Part shown: positions 47,254 through 57,532 of the stretch, piece after piece
Numbering within the stretch: position 1 is the first letter of the stretch
Layout of the letters: every line of letters begins with the position of its first letter
Assembly (NCBI GenBank): GCA_963706025.1
Contig: CAVPLM010000003.1
Location: 817,970 to 881,969 of the forward strand
Length of the DNA: 64,000 nucleotides
From: an uncultured Actinomycetes bacterium
GTDB lineage: Bacteria > Actinomycetota > Thermoleophilia > RBG-16-64-13
Direction of reading: 5' to 3'
Translations under genes and position numbers: made by a program
Notes under the pieces: model-generated
The model's database searches: none
What the model saw: only the letters and a program-made list of their open reading frames with translations
Told to the model about the DNA's origin: nothing

Positions 47254-47744
47254 CGTATCTCCTGGATGCGAATGTCTTTATGCAAGCGAAGAATCTCCAT
47301 TACGGGCTGGACTTCTGCCCGGCCTTCTGGGACTGGCTCGTGGAGAACAACGAGGCTGGAATGGTGTTCAGCATCGAGAAGGTTGGAGACGAGATCGACG
47401 CCGGTGCCGATGAGCTTGCTGAGTGGGCGTCGCGGCGTGGGCGCGAATTCTTCCTCAAGCCAGATGCGACCATGCTGCCGGCGCTCGGGACGGTCAGTTC
47501 ATGGGTTATGGATCAGCCGTACGAACCTGTTGCCGTAAGCACGTTTCTTCAGGTGGCCGATTACTACGTAGTCGCGCATGCCCTTGCCAACGGGCACACC
47601 GTGGTCACACACGAAATCCCATCCTTCTCCCCGAAGAAGATCAAGATTCCTAACGTGTGCATCGGCCTTGACGTCAAGTGCATGACGCCGTTTGAGATGC
47701 TCCGGCACGAACGGGCCCGATTCGTCCTAGGTCCATCAGCATAG
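47250..47744 (+). CDS. DUF4411 PIN-like protein
   Basis: YLLDANVFMQAKNLHY..FWDWL, ADYYVVAHA, VVTHE and KIKIPNVC. Confidence 0.88.
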   Translation: MTYLLDANVFMQAKNLHYGLDFCPAFWDWLVENNEAGMVFSIEKVGDEIDAGADELAEWASRRGREFFLKPDATMLPALGTVSSWVMDQPYEPVAVSTFLQVADYYVVAHALANGHTVVTHEIPSFSPKKIKIPNVCIGLDVKCMTPFEMLRHERARFVLGPSA

Positions 47745-47982
47745 AGTGGGGCACGCTGCAAGGTTCTCCTCGGGGAAGGCGAGGGCTTGGGCTGAAGCCG
47801 TGTCCGGTCTCCATGCTAGGGTGAGAGGGCGACACCATGTTCGCTTGCCCGACGTATCCGCCTCCTGTTCCAAGGCTCACCTGCCCGCAGAGACTTGACG
47901 ATACGATGATTCTGCGCAACACTGTTTCGTACGCAATCAATAAGGATCTGTTGAAGACCAGATAAGGGGCTCGACAGAGTAC

Positions 47983-48504
47983 ATGCCTGGTTTCAGAACT
48001 CATACGCCGATACCACCGACGCCTGAGAACAGCGAAGTCGATCGGGTTACTTTGCAGGCCTTTCATGCCCTGGCAAGGTTCTTCCACCTTCACCGCCAGG
48101 CGATGCAGCGGTGCTTGAGCAATCCGGGCGCGCATCACGGGGAGTTCATGAGCCTGCGACTGCTCGCGACCGGCGAAGGCATGAGCCAGAGGGACCTCGC
48201 CGAGACGCTGCATCTGTCGCGGCCCTCGGTCACGCGCATCCTTCAAGGGCTCGAGAAGGCGGGCGCCGTCAGGCGGGAGGTAGACCCCGACGACCAGCGC
48301 ATCACCCGGGTCTTCCTGACGGCTGAGGGCAGGCGGCAAGAGTTGGAGAACCACGCGGCCTTCGAGGAGTACGTCAACCAGACAATCGGCAAGCTGAGCG
48401 ACCAAGACAAGCTCGAACTCACGCGCCTCCTGGACGAGGTATCCCGCCACATCGCCGAAGTGGTTGGTCCCGGCGTACCTGACCACGAGACGCGGGCCTC
48501 GTGA
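47983..48504 (+). CDS. MarR-family regulator
   Basis: SQRDLAETLHLSRPSVTRILQGLEKAGAVRREVDPDDQR. Confidence 0.92.
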   Translation: MPGFRTHTPIPPTPENSEVDRVTLQAFHALARFFHLHRQAMQRCLSNPGAHHGEFMSLRLLATGEGMSQRDLAETLHLSRPSVTRILQGLEKAGAVRREVDPDDQRITRVFLTAEGRRQELENHAAFEEYVNQTIGKLSDQDKLELTRLLDEVSRHIAEVVGPGVPDHETRAS

Positions 48505-50243
48505 AACGTCTTCTGTTCACCTATCTCCGCCCGTACCGTGGGCGCATCGGCCTGGTCGTCATGCTGGTTCTCGTTCAGTCGATCGGCAACCTCTATCTGC
48601 CTACCCTGAACGCGGACATCATCAACTTCGGCATCGCCAAGGGCGACACCGGCTACATCCTTCGTACCGGCGCCATCATGCTCGGCGTGGCGCTGCTGAT
48701 CACGGCCTGCTCCATCACGTCGGTGTACCACGCCTCCAAGACGGCCATGGGCATGGGACGCGACGTGCGGGGCTCGCTCTTCAGGAAGGTTGAGAGTCTC
48801 TCGCAAAGCGAGATGGCGCGCTTCGGCACCCCGTCTCTCATCACCCGGAACACCAACGACGTCCAGCAGGTGCAGATGCTGATTGCTATCGGCCTGACTC
48901 TGATGGTCATGGCGCCCATGCTGGCTATCGGCGGCATCATCATGGCCCTCCGCCAGGACGTACCCCTTTCCGCGGCGCTGGCCGTCATTCTGCCGATCAT
49001 GGGGGTCTTCCTATTCGTCGTCCTCCGCCGGGCGATACCACTGTTTCGTACCATCCAGGCCCGCATCGACCGAATCAACCAGATCATGCGCGAGACCCTC
49101 GGTGGCGTGAGAGTGATCAGAGCGTTCGCCCGTACCGACTATGAGAAGGCGCGGTTCGCCCAGGCCAACCAAGACCTGACCGACACGACCGTGCGGGTCT
49201 TCCGCCTCTTCGCTTTGGTCTTCCCGGCCCTGTTCCTCATCATGAACCTGTCCATCGTGGCGATCATGTGGTTCGGCGGCCATCGGGTGGACAGCGGAGC
49301 CATGCCGATCGGGAACCTCTTCGCCTTCATGGCCTACGTCATGCAGATCCTCTTCGCGGTCCTCATGTCCACCATGCTCGCCGCGATGATCCCTCGCGCC
49401 GTGGCCTCGGGGGGCCGGATACAGGACGTGTTGGACATCGAGCCGGCGATCCATGATCCCCGGGTGCCGGTCCTGATCCCGGCGAGAGATGGCGGCACGC
49501 CAGGATTGGTGGAGTTCAGGGACGTCGAGTTCCGATATCCCGGAGCCCAGGATGCCATCCTCGGCCACATCTCGTTCACCGCCCGCCCGGGCGAGACCAC
49601 AGCGATCGTTGGTAGCACGGGGAGCGGCAAGTCGACCTTGATCGGGCTCATCCCGCGCCTGAACGACGTCACCGCCGGTAGCATCCACATCGACGACATA
49701 GACATCAGGGAGATGGATCGGGCCGATCTCTGGCAGCACATCGGGTTCGTTCCGCAGAAGGTCTTTCTCTTCTCAGGGACGGTGGCGAGCAACCTGCGGT
49801 ACGGCGACCCGGACGCCACCGATGATGAACTGTGGCACGCCCTACGGGTCGCGCAGGCGGAGGACTTCGTCTCCGCCATGGCGGAGGGCCTCTACGAGCC
49901 GATCACCCAGGGGGGGACCAACGTCTCGGGCGGCCAGAGGCAGCGGCTGGCGATAGCCCGGGCGGTCATCAAGAAGCCCGACATCTACGTCTTCGATGAC
50001 AGCTTCTCGGCTCTCGACCTCAAGACCGACTCCATGCTGCGTGCCGCCCTCAAGCGCGAGACGAAGGACGCGACGGTCATAGTGGTCGCGCAGAGGGTCA
50101 GCACCATCCTGCATGCGGATCAGATCGTGGTGCTCGAAGAGGGAGGCGTCTGCGGCATCGGCCACCATGCCGATCTGATCGACCGTTGCGAGACCTACCG
50201 CGAGATCGTCTATTCGCAGTTGACCGCGGAGGAAGTGGCGTGA
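48501..50243 (+). CDS. Heterodimeric ABC exporter subunit 1 (TMD+NBD)
   Basis: Motifs SLITRNTND, GSTGSGKST, VSGGQRQR and the degenerate FDDSFSALD. Confidence 0.93.
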   Translation: MKRLLFTYLRPYRGRIGLVVMLVLVQSIGNLYLPTLNADIINFGIAKGDTGYILRTGAIMLGVALLITACSITSVYHASKTAMGMGRDVRGSLFRKVESLSQSEMARFGTPSLITRNTNDVQQVQMLIAIGLTLMVMAPMLAIGGIIMALRQDVPLSAALAVILPIMGVFLFVVLRRAIPLFRTIQARIDRINQIMRETLGGVRVIRAFARTDYEKARFAQANQDLTDTTVRVFRLFALVFPALFLIMNLSIVAIMWFGGHRVDSGAMPIGNLFAFMAYVMQILFAVLMSTMLAAMIPRAVASGGRIQDVLDIEPAIHDPRVPVLIPARDGGTPGLVEFRDVEFRYPGAQDAILGHISFTARPGETTAIVGSTGSGKSTLIGLIPRLNDVTAGSIHIDDIDIREMDRADLWQHIGFVPQKVFLFSGTVASNLRYGDPDATDDELWHALRVAQAEDFVSAMAEGLYEPITQGGTNVSGGQRQRLAIARAVIKKPDIYVFDDSFSALDLKTDSMLRAALKRETKDATVIVVAQRVSTILHADQIVVLEEGGVCGIGHHADLIDRCETYREIVYSQLTAEEVA

Positions 50244-52310
50244 GCCCCGAAGAACAGAGCGACCAGGCAGCGCGGGCGAACGGCGCCTCAGGCGACGGCG
50301 GCCCCGGTGACGGCGGCCCAGCCGCTGCCGCTGCGAGAAGCCCCAGACGGGGCGCCGGGGCGCGCCGGCCGGGGTGGCCCGCCCCACGGCCCCGGCTTCG
50401 GCCCGCCGGGGCTCATCGGCTCCGGGGAGAAGGCCAAGGACTTCAAGGGGTCCTTCAAGAGGCTGGTCAGGAGGTTGCGCCCCGAGAGGAGCAAGCTCAT
50501 CCTGATCATCCTGCTCGCGGTCGTCAGCGTCGCCTGCACGGTCGCGGCCCCCAAGATACTGGCCCGGGCCACGAACCTGATCTTTGCCGGCGTCGTGAGC
50601 AAGCAACTGCCGCCCGGGGTCAGCCAGGAACAGGCGGTCGCCGGCTTGCGGGCGGCAGGTCAGGAAAACCTGGCCAACATGTTGGCGGGGATGAGCAACA
50701 TCAACCCCGGCCAGGGCGTGGATTTCGCCGCCGTCGGCCGGGTCCTCCTCATAGTGACTGCGATCTACCTTCTCAGCGCGCTGTTTGGGTGGCTGCAGGG
50801 CTACATCGCGGCCGGAGTCGTCGCCCGCGTGATCTACAAGCTACGCCGAGATGTCGACTTCAAGCTGGCCCGTCTGCCCCTCAAGTACTTCGACAGCCAC
50901 CCGCGGGGCGACATCCTCAGCAGGGTCACGAACGACATCGACAATATCCAGCAGACGATGCAGCAGACGATTTCGCAGATCATCACGGCCGTGCTGACCC
51001 TGATCGGGGTGCTGGCGCTCATGTTCTGGATCAGCCCGCTCCTGGCCGTGATCTGCCTCGTCACCGTGCCGATCTCCGTGGTGATCACGATGTTGATAGC
51101 CAAGCGTTCCCAGAAACAGTTCGCCCTTCAGTGGGAGCACACGGGTGACCTTACCGGGCACGTAGAGGAGAGCTTCACCGGCCATACCATCGTGAAGATC
51201 TTCGGGCGCCAGAAGGAGGCGATCGCACAGTTCGACGAGGAGAACGAGGATCTCTACCAGGCCAGTTTCAAGGCCCAGTTCATCTCCGGCATCATCATGC
51301 CCATGATGATGTTCGTGGGGAACCTCCAGTATGTCGCCATCGCCGTGGTCGGCGGGCTGCGCGTCACCACGGGCGCCCTGTCCTTGGGTGACGTCCAGGC
51401 GTTCATCCAGTACTCCCAGATGTTCACGCAGCCGATCACGCAGACGGCCAGCATGGCCAACGTTCTTCAGTCTGCCGTCGCATCGTCCGAGCGCGTGTTC
51501 GAGCTGCTCGACGAGCCGGAAGAGTCGGCCGACCCGGCGAAGCCGGTCGTGCTCAAGCACGTCACCGGCCACGTGCAGTTCGAGGACGTGTCCTTCCGCT
51601 ACCTGCCCGATGTGCCCTTGATCGAACACCTGAGCGTGGAGGTGCAGCCCGGACAGACCGTCGCCATCGTGGGCCCCACCGGGGCCGGAAAGACCACCCT
51701 CGTCAACCTGCTCATGCGCTTCTACGAGATCGACGGCGGGGCCATTCTTGTCGACGGCGTGGACACCCGCGAGATGACTCGCGACGACTTGCGGCGGCTC
51801 TTTGGGATGGTGCTGCAGGACGCCTGGCTGTTCGGAGGCACCATCCGGGAGAACATCGCCTACGGCCGGGAGGGAGCGACGGAGACGCAGATCCAGGCCG
51901 CAGCCGAAGCCGCACATGTGAACCACTTCGTACGTACCCTTCCCGAGGGCTACGAGACCCGGTTGGACGACGACTCGGCCAACGTCTCCCAAGGGGAACG
52001 GCAGCTCCTGACCATCGCCCGCGCCTTCCTGGCCGACCCCGAGATCCTCATCCTGGACGAGGCCACCAGTTCCGTCGATACCCGTACCGAAGTGCTGATC
52101 CAGCGGGCGATGGCCCGTCTGCTGGCGGGGCGCACCAGCTTCGTCATCGCTCATCGGCTTTCCACTATCCGCGATGCCGATCTCATCCTGGTCATGAACG
52201 AGGGGAACATAGTGGAGCAGGGGACCCACCAACAGCTTCTCGCGGCGGGCGGCTTCTACTACGACCTCTACAACAGCCAGTTCGTGGAGGCCCTCGCAGA
52301 GGCTTCTTGA
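50240..52310 (+). CDS. Heterodimeric ABC exporter subunit 2; probable start GTG 50240 with a frameshift near 50350 (otherwise start 50307)
   Basis: Motifs GDILSRVTND, GPTGAGKTT, SQGERQ, LDEATSSVD and IAHRLST; GGAGG + GTG overlap the upstream stop. Confidence 0.9.
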
Positions 52311-52406
52311 TGGCCCGACCACGGCGCGGACAATCGAGGATGGTGGCCACACCTTGGGCTGGGGTTCCATATCTGCAGTGGTGAGCAGGTGAAGGGAAAG
52401 ACCGCC

Positions 52407-52613
52407 ATGAAGTTCTTCGTTACGGTAGACAGGGACGAGGATGGAGTCTGGATCGCGGAATGCCCGGCCATTCCCGGCTGCGTGAGCCAGGGAGAGACGC
52501 GCGAGGTGGCCCTTGCCAACGTCGAGGAAGCTATCGCCCTCTGCCTGGAGGTGCGTGCCGAGCGTGGGCTGCCGCTGACTATCGAGACGAAGCAGGTCGA
52601 GGTGGTCCTCTAG
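52407..52613 (+). CDS. hicB: HicB-like antitoxin (short)
   Basis: DEDGVWIAECPAIPGCVSQGETREVALANVEEAI. Confidence 0.9.
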   Translation: MKFFVTVDRDEDGVWIAECPAIPGCVSQGETREVALANVEEAIALCLEVRAERGLPLTIETKQVEVVL

Positions 52614-52842
52614 ATGCCTCCTCTGCCTTCGCTGAGCGGGCGGGAGGTGGTGCGGGTGTTCGATCCCTCGGTTGGGAAGTCGCGCCGGCGTGGGAGTCAT
52701 ATCGTGCTGGTGAAAGAGGGTTCTCTGGCTACGTTGTCCGTCCCGGATGGCCGCTCGGTCGCCAAGAGGGACCCTGCGGTCGCTCATCAGGGCGGCGGAT
52801 CTGACCGTGTCGGAGTTCGTCGCCGCGGCTGAAGACTTGTAG
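52614..52842 (+). pseudogene. hicA: HicA toxin, several frameshifts
   Basis: LPSLSGREVVRVF / SLGWEV / RRGSHIVLVK..TLSVP / GTLRSLIRAADLTVSEF, spread over different frames. Confidence 0.8.
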
Positions 52843-53182
52843 CGGGCGGCCGCCCATCCTGGGCACACATTGGTGCCGCCGCAGCCCGCCCACAATAAGT
52901 GGCGCCCAGATCGGGCCCGAGTACTCGGCCGTCACGTCGACGCGAGCCGCTCCCCTGCCGCATCTTCTCCGTATCGGGTGGTCCGACGGGGGAACCCTGG
53001 GGTCTATAGTCCTCGAAGGAATTCCAGCAGCCTCTCGGAGGGTCGCTTTTGCCGACGAAATGGTTCGCCCCCAGCCGGTCAGCGGCAGACTCGACAGTAT
53101 TCCGGCCTCCGATCTGGCCGGGGCTGCAGCGATGCTGCGGGGACTCACGGCCCCCTATCTGGTGAAGAAAGGCAGTTCGACC

Positions 53183-54128
53183 CTAGTCGACCTCGCCCGC
53201 GTTGGGAACGAAGAGCTGCTGTACGAATTGCCGCAGGCCCCTCTTCTCGAACCGGAACGGAGCGATGAGGTCCCGCTGGACGTCGTCGGAAGTGACCCAA
53301 TTCATGAAATCGACGGCGCCCTGCATGTTCTTGGCACCTTCGACCGTTATCACGTGGTATTGGTTCAAGAGCGCCTTGTCGCCCTGCACCAGGATCCACA
53401 GCTTGTGTGACGCCCTTGCCGAGAGATAGGTCGCCCGGTCGGCCAGCGCGTAACCACCCGCTTTGGTCGGCCAGTACGAGCGTCTCAGCCATCCCCTGGT
53501 CGGTGCGTTGATACCAGACACCCGAGAGTGTGATGTTCGCGGCCTCCCATATACCCTTTTCGATAGTGTAGAAGTCGGGGTCATCGCCGCGGCTGAAGAA
53601 CTCGGCCTGTGCCCCGGCGATGGCAGTAAACGCCCCGGCTGCGTCGGTCGTACCCTTGATCCCCACGGGATCGTCTCTCGGGCCAACGATGACAAAGTCG
53701 CTATGCATGACCGCCCTGCGCTCCACTCCGAAGCCGTTGGCCATGAAGATCTCCTCGGAGGCTGGGGAGTGCACCAGCAGGACATCGGCGTCGCCGGTCT
53801 CCCCGAGCTTCAGAGCTTCCTCGCTGCTCAGGGCGATCACCGTCACCATGTGCTGCGGGTAGGCCTCGCTGAAGGCGGGTATCAGGACATCCAGAATTCC
53901 GGAGTCCTTCGTCAATGTGGTCGACACCAGGACGAGCTCCGAAACGCCGAGTGTCGTGGTACTGGATGCTGAGAGGGTGGTGCTCGGCTTCGTGACGCTG
54001 GTCGTTGTCTCTGAGCTCGCGTCGCACGCTGTAACGAGAGAGATCGCCAGCAGCGAAAGCACAAGGACGATGAGCGACACCGGGAGCACACGTGGTTGCG
54101 CCAACCGGCGACGACGGGCAGCGTGCAC
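53183..54128 (-). CDS. TupA-like tungstate-binding lipoprotein; frameshift near 53462, start uncertain, orphan
   Basis: Motifs DSGILDVLIPAF, GDADVLLVH, FVIVGP.DDP.GI, SRGD, QGM.ETL / YALADRATY and LLNQYHVI. Confidence 0.75.
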
Positions 54129-54354
54129 GTAGCCCGGGATCTTGGCCCTCGAATTGCCCACTCTGGGCTCTCCTTCTATTGGTAGACACGCTTGGTCACA
54201 GGCTGACAGCGGATGGGACTTTCCAAGCCCTCCCATGTGCTGCATGATGTCGCGTCAAGATACCCTATCTGCCCACCAACCCCCTGGTATGAAACCACAG
54301 CGCAACGGAAGACGAGCCCAGCAACGGTCGCCCGCCTTCACAGCCGACAACGGA

Positions 54355-54690
54355 TCAAGCATCCACCATCAACCCCAGGAGAGGCGCGTGTTGCTGCGCC
54401 CCATAGATATCCGTATCGCCCAGCGCCCCCGAAGGCACCGGCCGCTTCATGGTGGCCTTCACGGCGAGAGCCGGGTCGAAGTAGACGATCTTGAACACGT
54501 CCTCGGGGTCGGTTTGGTACAGCCCCGCGATAAGAGCGGGGGTGAAGAAGTCTCTCTCCTTGAGTCGCAAATAGTCGTCTTCGTTCCGGAAGATGACATC
54601 CAGAGTCAGTTCATAGGGCCCCGAATTCTTGCTGCGGATGACGACCGCCAGCTCCGAGAGAGCCACAAGCCGGGGGAGCCGATCGTTCAT
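54355..54690 (-). CDS. DUF4387 family protein
   Basis: IRSKNSGPYELTLDVIF...DIYGAQQHAPL. Confidence 0.9.
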   Translation of the reverse strand: MNDRLPRLVALSELAVVIRSKNSGPYELTLDVIFRNEDDYLRLKERDFFTPALIAGLYQTDPEDVFKIVYFDPALAVKATMKRPVPSGALGDTDIYGAQQHAPLLGLMVDA

Positions 54691-56048
54691 GGTCCCACCT
54701 CGCAGTACTCGATAGGAAAAGGAGCCACCGGGTCGTCGACCTCGAGCAAGTGGTAGATGGTGAACTCGAACACCTCCCCGCAGGCGATGTCGGAGGGGCT
54801 GTAGAGAAGAGCGAGGTTGCCCGCGGTGGCCATCCGTCCCGGATACCCGAAGTGAAGCAGGGTGCTGCGTACGCTCGAGCAGAGACTGTCCGCTTCGGCC
54901 TGAGTGGCGGCCACCGCCTCGATCACCAGCCCCAGTTCATGCGAGGCGCGCTCTCGCTCGGGCTCGCGCGGGCCCATCACCCCGTCGCGCCCGTAGACGT
55001 GGAACAGCACCCGGCCCTCGATGTTCAGGTCTCGTGTCGCTCGGCCCTCGATGGTCGCCAGCACATCGTGGATCTGGCTGATCAAGAGGGGGTCTCGAAT
55101 CCCGGCGATGGATATGGTGCGATATCCGACCTTACCGGCTCCCTCCAGCTTGATCGTGTAGACCGGGGCCGGCACGTAGCGCGACCCGGTCACCCTCACC
55201 CGGCCCCCGCCGAGTTCCTCGAACCGGGTCATGTGTAGGTCCAGCGTCCCTCCCGGGCCCGGCAGCGAGTAGGGGTCGCTCTTCTCATAGAGCGTGTGAG
55301 CCGCGGTGGACACAGAGGTGAATGCTCGAGCCGGGTTCAGGGATTCAAGTACGAACGCATCCTCGTAGAGCGAACCCAGAACGCAGTCGCTGCCACTCCC
55401 AGGAGTGGCAGCTATGGCAGCGCATTCCAGGATCTTGCCCATGTGAAGGGCCAAACCTGGGTCGAAGCCGGCCCCGATGGCGGGGGCTGCAAACACCACC
55501 GGATCATAGGCCCGACCGCACAGGATCAGGTCGGGTTGCTCGCGCAGGGCGGCCAGCACGGGCTCGGCTCCCATCTGCCCGACGATTCTCGTGCTTCTCT
55601 CGATATCAGCCCGGGTGAGATCGGGAGCGGGGAACAGGGATGAGATCCTGCCGGCGTCCAGGGCCGCGGTCACCATGTCCCGGGAGAAATCCGCGCTGAT
55701 GACGGCCATGCGGAACCTGAGGCCGCGCTCCCGGGCGATCTCCTGAATGATCTCCCGCGCCCAGTTCACGTGCTCCCGAGCGCCTGATCCCCCGGCGGAG
55801 CCGATGATGCACGGGATTTCCGCTTCCAGCGCCGCCTCGAGGATCAGCGTCAGATCGCGTTTGACCCCGGCCCGGCTGGTGAACGACGTGCCCGAACCCA
55901 AGTAGTAGGGGCCCGGGTCGGTGCTCCCGGCATCGACACCGATGAGGTCGGGGTGCTTCTCCAGACCCCGACGGAACGACTCTTCCGGGAATCCGTAGCC
56001 CAGGATCGCCGTCGGGGAGAGGACCTTGTGGCAGGGCTCGGTGCTCAT
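54687..56048 (-). CDS. AtuA-like (DUF1446) protein
   Basis: Motifs ILGYGFP, DAGSTDPGPYYLG, GQMG, GRAYDP, HMGKILEC and AHTLYEK. Confidence 0.88.
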   Translation of the reverse strand: MSTEPCHKVLSPTAILGYGFPEESFRRGLEKHPDLIGVDAGSTDPGPYYLGSGTSFTSRAGVKRDLTLILEAALEAEIPCIIGSAGGSGAREHVNWAREIIQEIARERGLRFRMAVISADFSRDMVTAALDAGRISSLFPAPDLTRADIERSTRIVGQMGAEPVLAALREQPDLILCGRAYDPVVFAAPAIGAGFDPGLALHMGKILECAAIAATPGSGSDCVLGSLYEDAFVLESLNPARAFTSVSTAAHTLYEKSDPYSLPGPGGTLDLHMTRFEELGGGRVRVTGSRYVPAPVYTIKLEGAGKVGYRTISIAGIRDPLLISQIHDVLATIEGRATRDLNIEGRVLFHVYGRDGVMGPREPERERASHELGLVIEAVAATQAEADSLCSSVRSTLLHFGYPGRMATAGNLALLYSPSDIACGEVFEFTIYHLLEVDDPVAPFPIEYCEVGP

Positions 56049-57505
56049 CTGCTGCCGCGTTCAAGGCCGGTGAACAGCAGACTCATGTCGCTCAGCGATT
56101 CGACCTCATAGCACCTGGTCAGTAGCTCCCGGGCGCCCTGCTCCGTGAGCGTTTCGGCGGATCGGGTGAGTTCGAGGAACTTCTCTCTCAATTCGCGTGC
56201 CGTGAGAGGGTTATCAGGATCTCCCTTGGGGATTTCAACACGTCCCGTATGCACCACGCCGTCCTGGGTCTCGACCTCGACCCAGGAGCTCCAGCGCCCG
56301 GGATAGAGCCTGTCAAGCTCGGGGTCGACCTGCACGTCAACTATGCCCATGAGGCCGGCCAGTGCGGGATCCTCCAGCGACTCTGGAGTGAACGCCCCAA
56401 TTCCCAGACTGCCGAGCTGTGCCGCCCGAGCCAGACAGTAAGGAAAGCTGAATTTTGCCGACCACGGGCTCGACACCTCGGTATCCTTGAGTCGATCATA
56501 GGCGACAGTGTAGACATGCGCACGGATCAGAGAGATCTCTTCCACAGGGATCCTGCTTTTCGCCATCACCTCGAGGAGCGCGTCGACCGCGGGATGCGTG
56601 TGCCGGCAGGAGGCATGGTACTTCAGAGAGACCTCTGGGGACTTGAATCGGGTGAAGACCGCCTCTGATCCCTCCCCCTTTTCGACCCCTTCCAGAAGCG
56701 CAGCCTCCAAACGGTTCTCGGCCCCCGAATCTTCCGGATCGAAAGTCCCCATCTCCAGTGCACCCGCCGCCATCATAGCCCGCAGCATGCCTCGCTTGCC
56801 GGAGATGATGTGTGCAGGTCCGGAGAAGCCACGACGGGCGGCGTAGGCCGCAAGGACACCGTTGAGCGCCGCCTTGCCCGGGTGGAGTTGCTTCGTCATC
56901 GCACCATCCGCGAGGAACTCCCAAAGCCCCGCCGCCTGGGAGCCGGCGTTGCCCATAGCCCATAGAGTCTGAGCCTTAGGTAGCCTCAGGAGCTTGGCCG
57001 CAGCCAGGGCCGCACCAAACGTACCCACCGTTCCAGTCGTGTGGAAGAACACATAGTGCTCGCGCCCCAGAGCCTCACCGATCCTTAGAGAGACCTCGTA
57101 GCCCACAAGGGCTGCGAGAAGAAAGTCGCTGCCGCAACGGCCGTTCGCTTCGGCTACCGCCAGCGCGGCAGGGAAGACACAGGTGCCTGGATGATATATC
57201 GAGGTGTTATGCAGGTCGTCCATCTCGACAACGTGGCTCGATGCTCCGTTGACCAGCGCCGCCCAAAGCGGGTTGGCAGTAGCCAGCGTAGGCAGCACAG
57301 TAGCTCCGTTCCCCGATGGGGCGGCCGACTGCACAGCCAGATCATGTCCGGCGGCCAAGAGGGCCTGCACCGGGTCGGAGCGCGTTCCCGCGAAGGCCGA
57401 TCCGAGCCAATCCACGAACAGATCGCGAATGGAGGCGCGCACCTCCCGGGGCAGGTCGTCCCACCCGAGGTTGCAGGCTGCCTCAGCTAACTCCTCTTCC
57501 ATCAT
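56045..57505 (-). CDS. MmgE/PrpD family protein
   Basis: Motifs NGASSHVVEMDD.H, HPG, FHTTGT, KQLHPG, KYHASCRHTH and KGDP. Confidence 0.92.
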   Translation of the reverse strand: MMEEELAEAACNLGWDDLPREVRASIRDLFVDWLGSAFAGTRSDPVQALLAAGHDLAVQSAAPSGNGATVLPTLATANPLWAALVNGASSHVVEMDDLHNTSIYHPGTCVFPAALAVAEANGRCGSDFLLAALVGYEVSLRIGEALGREHYVFFHTTGTVGTFGAALAAAKLLRLPKAQTLWAMGNAGSQAAGLWEFLADGAMTKQLHPGKAALNGVLAAYAARRGFSGPAHIISGKRGMLRAMMAAGALEMGTFDPEDSGAENRLEAALLEGVEKGEGSEAVFTRFKSPEVSLKYHASCRHTHPAVDALLEVMAKSRIPVEEISLIRAHVYTVAYDRLKDTEVSSPWSAKFSFPYCLARAAQLGSLGIGAFTPESLEDPALAGLMGIVDVQVDPELDRLYPGRWSSWVEVETQDGVVHTGRVEIPKGDPDNPLTARELREKFLELTRSAETLTEQGARELLTRCYEVESLSDMSLLFTGLERGSR

Positions 57506-57532
57506 TGCGCCCTTCCTCGCCGGAACCAGGAA

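Noticed and set aside
50841-52895. 684-aa minus-strand ORF
   Set aside because: Antisense to the ABC exporter and hicBA.
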